The notes beneath the pieces are model-generated. The model saw only the letters and a program-made list of their open reading frames with translations, had not been told where the DNA came from and made no database searches. A stretch of 64,000 nt of DNA from the IMG/VR virus record IMGVR_UViG_3300008255_000003, positions 32,001-96,000 of that record; one strand, written 5' to 3'. Position 1 is the first letter of the stretch. Each line of letters opens with the position of its first letter. Origin of the DNA: a virus. This document shows positions 38,099-47,135 of this stretch, piece after piece. The position numbers and the translations under genes were made by a program.

Positions 38099-38785
38099 CT
38101 ACTCGCCTTTCCAGACGTCAAAATCACCTATGTCATAAGCGCTGATCTCGCTTGATACGACCTTGGCCTTAATGCGCTCAAGGACGCGCTTGATGTGTCT
38201 TGGAAAGGGCCACATAAAGACATAAGACGCTGACCAAAACTGCTTGGCGTAGAAGTCCATTCTAAACTGCTCAACTTCGCCCCCAGTTGTGTAGTAAGCG
38301 ATCATGCTTTGAGTGTAAGCCCTAAGCTCCCATTTAGCCCTCATTCTTCCAATGAGGAGATAGCTAAAGTGGAACCAAAGACCATAGCGCTTCATGTCCA
38401 GGCAGTGCTGAAGCTCATGCCGAAGCATAGCGTAATAGTTTGGCATGTGCGGCTGTATGATATGGGCTGGCATATAGATGGTGTTTCCCATCGCATTGCC
38501 GAAGTCGCTAAACTTCTTTTTGAACATCCCGAACGATAAGATCCTAAACATGAAGAACATCGCGCGCGCGAGAGTGAACGTGATCTTGTGCCAACGCTCC
38601 GCGTATTCTTGATTTTCATAGGTGGGATCTTTGATGATGATCCGTAGGCCTTCGATGTTTTGAGTATACCTTCCCAGTGCGATATAGAGCGACGCCAGAT
38701 CATTAGGGATAAGATGGATTGCATCCCCCTTGCAGCCTGTATATCGCTCAAGCATCTCAGCCTTAAGCTTATTATACCTTGGCAT
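38099..38785 (-). CDS. HExxH zinc metallopeptidase-like protein
   Basis: RHELQH plus downstream WELRAY. Confidence 0.6.
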   Translation of the reverse strand: MPRYNKLKAEMLERYTGCKGDAIHLIPNDLASLYIALGRYTQNIEGLRIIIKDPTYENQEYAERWHKITFTLARAMFFMFRILSFGMFKKKFSDFGNAMGNTIYMPAHIIQPHMPNYYAMLRHELQHCLDMKRYGLWFHFSYLLIGRMRAKWELRAYTQSMIAYYTTGGEVEQFRMDFYAKQFWSASYVFMWPFPRHIKRVLERIKAKVVSSEISAYDIGDFDVWKGE

Positions 38786-39216
38786 TAATGCCCCCTTAAG
38801 ATGGCGTTGATTTTAAGGTCTGTCGTGGCGCCAGTTGTGGTGAAGTAGATGTACTCACCATAAGACTGACTCCAGTAGATCGCAGCGCCGACCTCGCTGG
38901 TGATGTAGATGTAGTTTGAGCCGTATGAGGCCTTGGAGTGAATGATCACATCAAGCTCATCGCCGTCAGCGTCTTTTGAGACAAGGTGAAGCTCCCAGTC
39001 AGAAGCATCACCAAGATCGGCTATAAGTCTTTTAAGTTCGACGTTGCGAAGGCCTGGAATGCGCATGATTCCACCTTCCGTAGATCCAGGGATGTTGAGT
39101 GTCGCCCCATCAACAGAATCGGTGCCGTTAAAGTTTGTTTTGCTGAGGTTGTTACCAGCAGCAAGCGTCGCTCTTAGGTTGGTGATCCTTCTTTGATTCT
39201 CAGTGATCAAGCTCAT
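38785..39216 (-). CDS. Hypothetical beta-rich protein (possibly structural)
   Basis: 143 aa in a tightly packed operon. Confidence 0.55.
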   Translation of the reverse strand: MSLITENQRRITNLRATLAAGNNLSKTNFNGTDSVDGATLNIPGSTEGGIMRIPGLRNVELKRLIADLGDASDWELHLVSKDADGDELDVIIHSKASYGSNYIYITSEVGAAIYWSQSYGEYIYFTTTGATTDLKINAILRGH

Positions 39217-39217
39217 G

Positions 39218-39634
39218 TCACAGCCTCAGTCTTGTGCCTATCTGTCTTAGATAGATTTTTGTTTGTGCCCTTATTCTGAAAGGTATGGCGCCACCTGATG
39301 GGGTTGCACCTTTAGCCAGCCAGCTTAAGGCGTATACGATCAGGCTTTCATCTCTTAGCGCAAAAGCCTTCACCTTGGTTCTCCTGTCGATCGCTTCAAC
39401 CAAATAACCGACCTCGCTTAGATCTTTGAAGTGAGGGTGACTCGCCCTTATCTCATCGGCGGTCATACCCTTGGAGCTTTTGCCCTTGATATAGTAACAC
39501 CCCTGCCCTGCGAGATGGACAATGAGTTGAAAGTCACGTTCCGACCAGTCCTCAGAGTTTGCGTAATGACTAGGCAGGCTTGGCAAGGCTGATAAGTCTG
39601 TATAGGTGCAACGTCTCATAGACACCCTTTTCAA
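39218..39634 (-). CDS. Hypothetical protein (start uncertain)
   Basis: ORF in minus-strand operon. Confidence 0.5.
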   Translation of the reverse strand: MKRVSMRRCTYTDLSALPSLPSHYANSEDWSERDFQLIVHLAGQGCYYIKGKSSKGMTADEIRASHPHFKDLSEVGYLVEAIDRRTKVKAFALRDESLIVYALSWLAKGATPSGGAIPFRIRAQTKIYLRQIGTRLRL

Positions 39635-39953
39635 TCTCTTGGTGTTTCTTCTCAGTGTAGCCGTATGGATGCAGCGGCTCTATACCCTTACTCATTAAAG
39701 CTCTCTCTAGTGCGCCGATCATGACTGCTGGTGCTTCTATCATAGCTTTCCTTGCGCCAGTAGTTAGAGCTAGAGCGATGATAGTCTGTATCCTTTGATC
39801 GTACTGAATCTGTGATGGCGGCTCCTTACTTAGGGTCATCAGGGTGACGATCTGCTGCTTCTGGGCTGCGCTCAGATCGAACACGCCAAAGGATCTCATC
39901 TGGGCTGTAAGTGTTATGGTTGACAGGTTAACGATGGTCTTGGGGTATAGCAT
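39570..39953 (-). CDS. Hypothetical protein
   Basis: First gene of the minus-strand operon. Confidence 0.5.
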   Translation of the reverse strand: MLYPKTIVNLSTITLTAQMRSFGVFDLSAAQKQQIVTLMTLSKEPPSQIQYDQRIQTIIALALTTGARKAMIEAPAVMIGALERALMSKGIEPLHPYGYTEKKHQEIEKGVYETLHLYRLISLAKPA

Positions 39954-40075
39954 GGTGTTGGCTTATGGGTTTTGTGTTGAGTTGTGGTTAGGCGGGATTA
40001 AGATGGCTAAAGAGAAGGCGGTAATCCCCCGATTCAACCCTAGTGACTTTAGCCAATAACCCAAGAGGCGCACAA

Positions 40076-40600
40076 ATGGCATTTATCACACTCGCGATCA
40101 CGAACAATGAAGCCACCACGATCACTCTCGACTCGCGCTTAGGCGGAGCACAGATCGCAGCAGCGGCCACCAAGACCCTTAACATGGATGCTGCTGCCGT
40201 CTTAAACCAGAAGGCCACGCTGCTTGAGCGCTGCCTTCTGGCTGAGGTTCTGGAAAACCTCCAGAATGCCTATGATGTCACCATCGTCATTGGCACCACA
40301 TCGCTTCAGGATTCCGTCCCCAGTATCCAAGAGCAGCTTGAGAGTGCAGTTCTGCGTGCTCAGCTCAAGGGTGTCCCCATCGTTCGTGGCGGCACTGCCA
40401 CGTTCGCAGCAGCAGCAACCAGCGCCGTCGTCCTCGACCCGCCCATGCCTAGCGCCAACTATCGAGTCGTGGCAACGCCAGGCTTCGCCCCAGCATCGCT
40501 TAACCCTCCGTTCATCACGACCAAGACGGCGGCTGGCTTCACCATCGCCTTCGCAGCCGGCCAGACTGGTGATGTTGACTGGATTCTTGTGGCTGACTGA
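40076..40600 (+). CDS. Putative virion protein with C-terminal H-type lectin/gp53-like domain
   Basis: Ala/Thr-rich; C-terminal PMPSANYRVVAT...TKTAAGFTI...DVDWILV. Confidence 0.55.
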   Translation: MAFITLAITNNEATTITLDSRLGGAQIAAAATKTLNMDAAAVLNQKATLLERCLLAEVLENLQNAYDVTIVIGTTSLQDSVPSIQEQLESAVLRAQLKGVPIVRGGTATFAAAATSAVVLDPPMPSANYRVVATPGFAPASLNPPFITTKTAAGFTIAFAAGQTGDVDWILVAD

Positions 40601-40621
40601 ACGCTAACAGTCTAGCCCGTT

Positions 40622-40657
40622 GAAGGGCCTGCGGCTTATGTCGCAGGCCCTTCTTTA
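40622..40657 (+). terminator. Intrinsic terminator
   Basis: GAAGGGCCTGCG-N8-CGCAGGCCCTTC then TTT. Confidence 0.7.
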
Positions 40658-41121
40658 TTGTAGTGCAAACGAACGAAAGCCCTAAGAGCTGTAAACCAGT
40701 TCCCAGGGCTAACGTTCGTCCCACCATCAACACTGAGTAAGTAATTTTTACTCAAGTACATGTAAGGTAGAGAGAGAGAGAAGAAACATATGCATACCAT
40801 ACTGATGTATATGAAACTTACTAAGATGACTTTGGACACACACGCTAAGAGCTAAGCTCTTTCCCTATGGGATGTCATAGCCATAGAGATGCTTGAGTGG
40901 TGGTAAGGTTGACGATACATCAACCCTAGGTTCTTATGAGTCTCCTGTTGTTCTAGTTTAAGGCCTTGTTAGAGTTTGACGGGCTCTAGTTCGGGCTCTA
41001 CTTGCCGCATTGGCTTCCGATCTGGCGTTAGGATAGACCTATATATTGAGAGCGGGCAAGCGCGCAGTTAAGATTTATAGACGTGCAACGGTTGCATGTT
41101 TCATTCTTTGATGGGGTTGGG

Positions 41122-41403
41122 ATGCTGAGTATTAGTTTTGAAGGGGAAGTTGTTGAAGGTGGTGTGGATGGTCTTTATCACCTTATGACTGAGGACATTG
41201 AGATGACTGGTGATGTCTTTGAGTTTGGTGTGTCTTACATAGTCAACTTCAACGCCGAGGGTGTCTCTATCTATCGAATGCCAGCCGCTGCACAGTGTTT
41301 TGATAGACATCACGTCTTGAATTTGTGTAAGTTCATTAGAGGGTTATATCCTACAGAAGAGTCCACTTGGACCGACCTACCTGATACCTATAAGCCGGGA
41401 TAG
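41122..41403 (+). CDS. Hypothetical protein
   Basis: ORF after the palindrome at 41084. Confidence 0.5.
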   Translation: MLSISFEGEVVEGGVDGLYHLMTEDIEMTGDVFEFGVSYIVNFNAEGVSIYRMPAAAQCFDRHHVLNLCKFIRGLYPTEESTWTDLPDTYKPG

Positions 41404-41430
41404 TTAGCCCGCCCTTATTTGGAGCGCTTC

Positions 41431-42123
41431 ATGACCAATAATGAGTCGAGTGATTATGCGTGGGATCATTCCATGCGACTTGTCCAACTCATAAGAGATG
41501 CCGACTTGAAGTCTGCCCGCAAGTCCACGCAGACCCTATCTCAGATCATTGAGGTCCGGCACATCAATGGATATGAGTTTGATATTGGCGGGTCTAGGGA
41601 TAGTGACGTGTGGAAGGTGGTGATCACTAAGACAACCGCCGAGTGCAACTGCCCTAGCCGCCTCAATAGGCACACGGTGTGTAAGCACATTGTCGCAGCC
41701 GCAGCGCACCTACTCTCAAAGCATGAGTCAACCAAGGACTACTCACCGACACAGTGGGTTGCTTATGCGATAGGGAGGCACACATCAAGACAGGCAGCTT
41801 TCTACAACTACCGACCTAACGTCACCCCTGAAGTCGCTGAGGCCTTCGGTGTGGGCTTTGAGGAGTCCACCGTAGCTCATCGTAAGGTCTTGGGTTACAG
41901 GCTCTCAGACGGGCGCCTGTGGACTGGAGCGTTGCCTTTACCCGAGCCTGGCGAGCGTTGCTTTGTGCATAAGGGCGGCAGGTCTTGGGAAGGTGAGATA
42001 TTAGCCCTTGGCTATAGCGTCCCTGGTTATCTCACTGTGTTCGTGATCACAAACGAGCTTATCCCTGGATACAAAACCAAGCGCATTGTCTGCTTTGGGA
42101 ATGAGCTTGAAATGATGACCTAA
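41431..42123 (+). CDS. SWIM zinc-finger protein with additional C-terminal domain
   Basis: ECNCPSRLNRHTVCKHIVA (CxC...CxH). Confidence 0.75.
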   Translation: MTNNESSDYAWDHSMRLVQLIRDADLKSARKSTQTLSQIIEVRHINGYEFDIGGSRDSDVWKVVITKTTAECNCPSRLNRHTVCKHIVAAAAHLLSKHESTKDYSPTQWVAYAIGRHTSRQAAFYNYRPNVTPEVAEAFGVGFEESTVAHRKVLGYRLSDGRLWTGALPLPEPGERCFVHKGGRSWEGEILALGYSVPGYLTVFVITNELIPGYKTKRIVCFGNELEMMT

Positions 42124-42219
42124 AACATGCAACGGTTGCATGTCTGTTCTTAGAAGACTTGAGCCTTAGACACGCAAAGCTGATGTTCGGCTTTGCGTTT
42201 GGAAACAAACCCTTAATCA

Positions 42220-42711
42220 ATGGATAGCATCATGCCTATTACGCGAAGCGAGTACACTAAGCAACTACCAAGCCAGCCAGTCACGCATCGTGGCGAACCC
42301 ATCAACGGTCATGAGCTTGTTGATGAGGTGGACTACATGATCAACGCAAGTCGATCTGGCTTGCTTGATTGGGTTGGCCCTTATCCTTCAAACGTTGGCT
42401 TCACTTACACAATGACTAACGAGAAGGATCGCAAGGGCATTGGCTCCATTGTAATGTCATTCAACATCGCCACCCGCAAGTACACCTTAAGCGCCACTGA
42501 TGTTGAGCATGGCCTGCGTTTGGCTGAGAGTGAGCGCTTCACAGCAGACCTTGACACCAATCTAATCAACTTCATTGCCAAGTGCTGTGACGCCTATGAT
42601 CGCAAGCGCAGGTTAACTAGGCGTGCAACCCTTACGCTTGAGAAAATTGAGGCGGTGGTAAGGTCAGAGGTGTTCTCAATCACCGATGAGCTGAGATACC
42701 TTAAGGATTGA
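42220..42711 (+). CDS. Hypothetical protein
   Basis: 163 aa ORF. Confidence 0.55.
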   Translation: MDSIMPITRSEYTKQLPSQPVTHRGEPINGHELVDEVDYMINASRSGLLDWVGPYPSNVGFTYTMTNEKDRKGIGSIVMSFNIATRKYTLSATDVEHGLRLAESERFTADLDTNLINFIAKCCDAYDRKRRLTRRATLTLEKIEAVVRSEVFSITDELRYLKD

Positions 42712-43257
42712 ATGCTGAGAGATGCCACAGCTCTCGCTGGAGCAAGCGCACTCCCATCACAGAAGGCTCAGGGAGTCGCGCTTGTTGGTGGTGAAGTTAA
42801 GCCTGGTGGCGCTTGCGTCCTTGGCGTTGAGGAGATTGAGCGCGTTGAAGCTCTTGTGGATCAAGATGCCAGTGAGCGAGAGGCTTACAGGAAGCGCAGC
42901 AATGATCGGCATGATGCAGGGAAGATCGCCTCAGTCATTGAGAGTCTTGAAGCGTCTAAGGCGACTGGTGGTAAAGATGAATTGTGGATGCTGAAGCGTG
43001 ACGGCACGCCTACGTACCATCATGCGCATGTGGGCCTGTTTGATGGCCCTGTGGGTGTCAAGACTACTGGTGAAGTTGACTCAAGTGGAGGCAGCGCGTC
43101 GATGTGGAGTCGCGACGAGTCTGATGAGGATCATCCCGATGATGCGTTTCATGGTGATGTCACCCCTAATGATTTACATCCTGGCAGGTTTATCCTTGGC
43201 AGCCTAGATCACCTACGGATGCCGGAATTCCTTAAAGACAATGATGATGAGGAGTAA
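42712..43257 (+). CDS. Hypothetical protein
   Basis: Abuts the upstream stop; followed by hairpin 43273-43290 and a T run. Confidence 0.5.
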   Translation: MLRDATALAGASALPSQKAQGVALVGGEVKPGGACVLGVEEIERVEALVDQDASEREAYRKRSNDRHDAGKIASVIESLEASKATGGKDELWMLKRDGTPTYHHAHVGLFDGPVGVKTTGEVDSSGGSASMWSRDESDEDHPDDAFHGDVTPNDLHPGRFILGSLDHLRMPEFLKDNDDEE

Positions 43258-43310
43258 TCAGTAAAGACTAACGGCGCCTTAATTGGCGCCTTTTATTATG
43301 AGGTGTTGCA

Positions 43311-44159
43311 ATGATTGGAAGTGCATGGCCAGGCGATCGATTCTGGCGTAAGAGTGTCGAGACTGGCCTGCAAGATGTAGCCAGGCCTACACCATTCTAT
43401 CCATACTATGAGCGAACGCTTTATGGCCCTGGTCGCGCTGCGGATCTTCTGTCTTGGATAAGCTGGCTTTATGGCTTGCGTACTCACTTGGATGACATCT
43501 TCAATATTGGCTATATGTGGGTTGAGTCGTGGCCTGATGATGATCGTCTTCATGAGATGGATCTCTTGGCTATACTGAGCCTTGAGAAGTCAACCTCGGG
43601 CATCAGACTTAAACACTCTTCAATCATCCATAGATACGCCTTGGCGCTTGCTTCTGAGCTTAGGTCATCATTCACCAAGATCCCTGCCCTGTCTGTGTCC
43701 GGCTGGCGAGGTCTTTATGATGACCCCGAGTCTATCGACTACTATTACAACTATGCTGAGGTTCTTGGCGCGCTTGCGGCGGCCCCATTCTTAGGTGAGG
43801 AGAATCTTCACGGAGCCTGTCCTCAAGGTGGTTTTGATACGATCGCGGAGCACTTTTTCAACACGCTCAATCTCAAGGTGAAGACTTATCCGGCAGACTT
43901 TAAAGATCCGCTCGGCCCTACAAAAAGAAACAGGCAGATGCTCGCTGATAGTCAGTGTTTTGTGGCGCTTTGGAATGGTGACATGAAGTCGTCTGGCACG
44001 CTTAACTTCATCAAGGGCGCGCACGAAGATCCTGACTGGATTGTCTGGTCAGTACCATCCCCTCACGATCAGATCTTTGGTCGCGTCTACGGCTTGAGGC
44101 TTGGTTGGTTTTATGCTCAGTGTCTACACCATGACAAAGCTGCGTTAGAGGCTCCATAA
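43311..44159 (+). CDS. Protein with C-terminal SLOG (DUF2493/YspA-like) domain
   Basis: GACPQGGFDTIAE...YPADF...GPTKRNRQML...VALWNG...SSGTLNFIKGA. Confidence 0.7.
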   Translation: MIGSAWPGDRFWRKSVETGLQDVARPTPFYPYYERTLYGPGRAADLLSWISWLYGLRTHLDDIFNIGYMWVESWPDDDRLHEMDLLAILSLEKSTSGIRLKHSSIIHRYALALASELRSSFTKIPALSVSGWRGLYDDPESIDYYYNYAEVLGALAAAPFLGEENLHGACPQGGFDTIAEHFFNTLNLKVKTYPADFKDPLGPTKRNRQMLADSQCFVALWNGDMKSSGTLNFIKGAHEDPDWIVWSVPSPHDQIFGRVYGLRLGWFYAQCLHHDKAALEAP

Positions 44160-44371
44160 TGTCAGCGCGTAAGGACAGAGTGAGGGTTGACCTTAAGGGT
44201 GATACGGCCAAGCGCTTGAGAGCTTTAGCTGCTGAGCGTGGAGTTACTCTGGTGTCATTGGTGGAGTCAGCTATTCTTAGTGTGTATGGTCGCCCTGCGA
44301 CTTGCGATGATGCCAACCAAGCCCAAGTTGACCTTGAGCTTTATATTCAGGAGATCTTAGATGTCGATTGA
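44159..44371 (+). CDS. Ribbon-helix-helix DNA-binding protein
   Basis: RVRVDL-KGDTAKRLRALAAERG-VTLVSLVESAI (strand-helix-G-helix). Confidence 0.7.
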   Translation: MSARKDRVRVDLKGDTAKRLRALAAERGVTLVSLVESAILSVYGRPATCDDANQAQVDLELYIQEILDVD

Positions 44372-44708
44372 TGTTTCAGGTTCGCAAGGTGTCAAGCTCA
44401 AGCCCTCTCGCTTCGACGGCGTGATTGACTTCACGAACGGGGCGGACACCGATCTTTACGTCGGAAGTCTTGCTGAGGGCTCCTACTTCATAGGCCTTGA
44501 TAATGCAGATGGTGCTTCGGCAGCTCTTGTTGAGCTTGCTGAGTCTTCTAGCTTGGATGGCCCTTGGAGTGAGATCCTTGCATCGACCGCCATTGCCGTT
44601 GACGGCGTGATCACGAATAAGGGTGTCAAGTATGGCACTTTCATTCGCATCAGGGTCACGGGTGATGGCGGCGATGGCAGTCTTAGGATCACTGCTTGCA
44701 CTCAGTGA
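44361..44708 (+). CDS. Small beta-sandwich-like hypothetical protein
   Basis: Alternating hydrophobic strands, Gly/Asp-rich. Confidence 0.55.
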   Translation: MSIDVSGSQGVKLKPSRFDGVIDFTNGADTDLYVGSLAEGSYFIGLDNADGASAALVELAESSSLDGPWSEILASTAIAVDGVITNKGVKYGTFIRIRVTGDGGDGSLRITACTQ

Positions 44709-44883
44709 GCAGTGTTGTTATAAACACTCTAGGCGGGTGCCTTACCATCATCCAACCCGCTCGCGGCCAAATACTGCCGTCTGAACTTAAGGCTAGGTTC
44801 TCCAAAGCTTATAGGATGTAGCCTTTAATAAAGGCGAGTGGTGCCCCAGGCTTCGTGCGCCATAACCAAGTTGGTTTCCAACA

Positions 44884-45123
44884 ATGAAGTCAAAAAAATC
44901 CAAGTCTTTTCCACCTCAAGTGTTGACTGAGGTGGTTGGTGAACGTTTCGACCTAATATATTGCCCGTTGCTTATGAAGCAGCGGCCTTCTCTTATGTGT
45001 GCTGAGACTTGCGCATGTAGCGCATGGTCACACACCAAAAGAGACATCATGAGAAGTAAATGCGGCCCATATAAGGCCCATTTGGGGAGTGGCGTTTATG
45101 ATCAAAAGCAAGGTGAGGATTAG
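44884..45123 (+). CDS. Small Cys-rich hypothetical protein
   Basis: CPLL...CAETCAC...C. Confidence 0.45.
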   Translation: MKSKKSKSFPPQVLTEVVGERFDLIYCPLLMKQRPSLMCAETCACSAWSHTKRDIMRSKCGPYKAHLGSGVYDQKQGED

Positions 45124-45520
45124 CTGCGGCCATGTTGTGCTTGTGCCTCGCAGGTTAATCCCTGGCGAGCCCGCCACAGTCAATGTTAATACAAGCCAGT
45201 GTCTCAGATGCAGGCACCAGTGTGTTACTGACGGCGGCCACAAGCCAAGGTCTAGGAATGGCAGCCCATCCTCACCCCATGCAACCGTTGCATGTCAAGG
45301 TGTCGTCTTTGAGACGAGCGAGACATACGATCGCATTGTCAGGTTGGTCGGCATCAAGCTAGATCAGCGCGGCATTAAATATGATGACTTGAGGCTTGTA
45401 GATCAGCATGTCTGGATGGCATCATTATCAGGTGAAGATGTTGCCATGATTCTGCTCAAGGGTGCACCTGCCGAGCTGCTGAAGGGCCAAAAGATTCCTG
45501 TTCTGTTCCTTGGGATATAA
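45089..45520 (+). CDS. Hypothetical protein with possible Zn finger
   Basis: CGH...CLRC; contains the palindrome at 45280. Confidence 0.5.
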   Translation: MAFMIKSKVRISCGHVVLVPRRLIPGEPATVNVNTSQCLRCRHQCVTDGGHKPRSRNGSPSSPHATVACQGVVFETSETYDRIVRLVGIKLDQRGIKYDDLRLVDQHVWMASLSGEDVAMILLKGAPAELLKGQKIPVLFLGI

Positions 45521-45550
45521 TGCCGCGTTGGAAAATTTGGAGAAAAATCA

Positions 45551-45778
45551 ATGCTCACTCGAATGCAAACCATCCTTCTTGATAAGATCTCACGCAAGCA
45601 CACCTGGCATAAGATGAGTGATGTTGGGGATGAGATAACCGCGCGCGCACTTGCGAAAGTCGGTATGCTTAAAATGGATGAGCATCAGAAGGTGCTCTAT
45701 GTGGCAGATCTTGAGTGTGCCGAGCCGTCACCTAGTGACGTGGCGGACCTCCAAGCGCTCTCAGATCTGGACTTCTAA
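45551..45778 (+). CDS. Small hypothetical protein
   Basis: TTGGAG RBS. Confidence 0.55.
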   Translation: MLTRMQTILLDKISRKHTWHKMSDVGDEITARALAKVGMLKMDEHQKVLYVADLECAEPSPSDVADLQALSDLDF

Positions 45779-45790
45779 ACACAACGTGCA

Positions 45791-45994
45791 ATGGAGAATG
45801 TCGTGAACAAGGGTAATCAAAGGACGCTGCTGGTTGAGGATATGGTTAACCAGGCTGGTCAGCGTCGCCAAGACGCAGTGGTGACTGAGGAAGAAGCCGA
45901 AGCTGAGCGACTCAAGCTTGAGCAGGCTCAGAAGCCAAAGCAAGCCAAGGGTGACTGGGCGCCACCGACCACGCGCACCTTACTTCAAGAATGA
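45791..45994 (+). CDS. Small hypothetical protein
   Basis: Short charged ORF. Confidence 0.4.
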   Translation: MENVVNKGNQRTLLVEDMVNQAGQRRQDAVVTEEEAEAERLKLEQAQKPKQAKGDWAPPTTRTLLQE

Positions 45995-46682
45995 CAAACC
46001 AACCCGCCTCAACGTTTTGAGGCGGGTTTTTGGCGGTGATATGCGCAAGTTTGGCGACCAATGGATTCATAGTGTTCAGGGGTGTACCAGTTGCGTGCTT
46101 GGCAAGCCTTATAACGAGATCATCGAAAGCCGCATAGCGGTGATGTCTCGTCATGGTTTAGCGGCTCAGCGCGCAGTGGGTCATGGCGCCTTGGAGTCTA
46201 AGATTATGGTGCTCGCATCCAATGAGCTAACGTCTTTCAATCCGTTCCAGCTTGAGAGGTTGGCCGGAGAGCTTAATCTTGGTTTTCCCTATTATCTCAC
46301 CTATGCCGTAAAGTGCGGCCTGAGTTATAAGCTTAGGGATCGGCGGACGGCGATGGCGTGTATCCACCACCATCTCGACTTTGAATTAGAGGCCTTACAT
46401 CCTTGGGTGATATGGTCTTTTGGCAATATGGCGGCCTTATCTTACGATATGCTTTTCGACTACAAGCCCAAGGTTAAGCCTGGTGATTACTTTGAGGTTG
46501 AGACGCCCCCCTGGTGGTCGTTTGATAAGGTCAAGGTTTTGCACAGTGGCGCCTCAGTGCTTGAGGGTAGCGCACTTGCGGCTGACGCTGAGGATCTTAT
46601 GATTGAGGAGCTTCTCAAAATCAAAGGTTGGATGTCTGAGCTTAGAGCTTCCGGCAGGCTTGTGGAGGTAGAGGATGACTAG
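45918..46682 (+). CDS. Uracil-DNA glycosylase family 4-like protein with altered active-site motifs (true start probably near 46017-46041)
   Basis: GCTSCVL, YAVKC, MACIHHHL...ELEALHPWVIWSFGNMAA, VLHSGA; four Cys in the Fe-S pattern. Confidence 0.65.
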   Translation: MSRLRSQSKPRVTGRHRPRAPYFKNDKPTRLNVLRRVFGGDMRKFGDQWIHSVQGCTSCVLGKPYNEIIESRIAVMSRHGLAAQRAVGHGALESKIMVLASNELTSFNPFQLERLAGELNLGFPYYLTYAVKCGLSYKLRDRRTAMACIHHHLDFELEALHPWVIWSFGNMAALSYDMLFDYKPKVKPGDYFEVETPPWWSFDKVKVLHSGASVLEGSALAADAEDLMIEELLKIKGWMSELRASGRLVEVEDD

Positions 46683-46950
46683 CAGGGGCTCACGAGATGA
46701 TAGCTACCTTTATCATCAGAGCGTTCAGTTCATGGTGACAGAATCTCAAGCTAAGCGCATGAGCCTATTTGTCACCATATCGAGCTTCTTTCTTATGCTG
46801 AGGTGGATTCCAGGCTTTACTTGGATAGGCCTGAAGCTGTTTGCGATCGCCTTGCGACCCGTGGGCGGAAAGATCCCAGTCAGGCGCACCAAAGAGCTTA
46901 ACCGCGATTTCCTGGAAACTGAGATCGATGACACATCAGATCCATTTTAA
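46675..46950 (+). CDS. Small hypothetical protein, possibly membrane-associated
   Basis: GGAGG RBS; hydrophobic centre. Confidence 0.5.
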   Translation: MTSRGSRDDSYLYHQSVQFMVTESQAKRMSLFVTISSFFLMLRWIPGFTWIGLKLFAIALRPVGGKIPVRRTKELNRDFLETEIDDTSDPF

Positions 46951-46967
46951 GTAAATATGTATTGACA
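46945..46967 (+). promoter_or_regulatory. Promoter-like element (UP element plus -35)
   Basis: 21/23 identical to 32793-32815; no clear -10 box found. Confidence 0.4.
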
Positions 46968-47135
46968 CATAAAATGCGCGGCAGCGCTCGACTGAGTGAG
47001 GATTAGTGATGATCATTGCATTCCCCTTGTTCGGCGTCCAATGAAGTCAGGTTAACAGCCTGACCTCTTAAGTACATCCTAATCATTTTAAATATAGGCG
47101 CGGCCCAAATATACATCCTGAAAGCAATCCCCTAC

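Noticed and set aside
40863-40888. CCTATGG...CATAGAG resembling the origin repeat
   Set aside because: Single copy with different spacing; could be chance.
41083-41121. ORF starts or peptides reading MQRLHV/MQPLHV (also near 6152, 26515, 32464, 60700)
   Set aside because: These arise from the ATG/CAT inside the palindrome. Better RBS-linked starts exist downstream in most cases, so this is not a peptide family.
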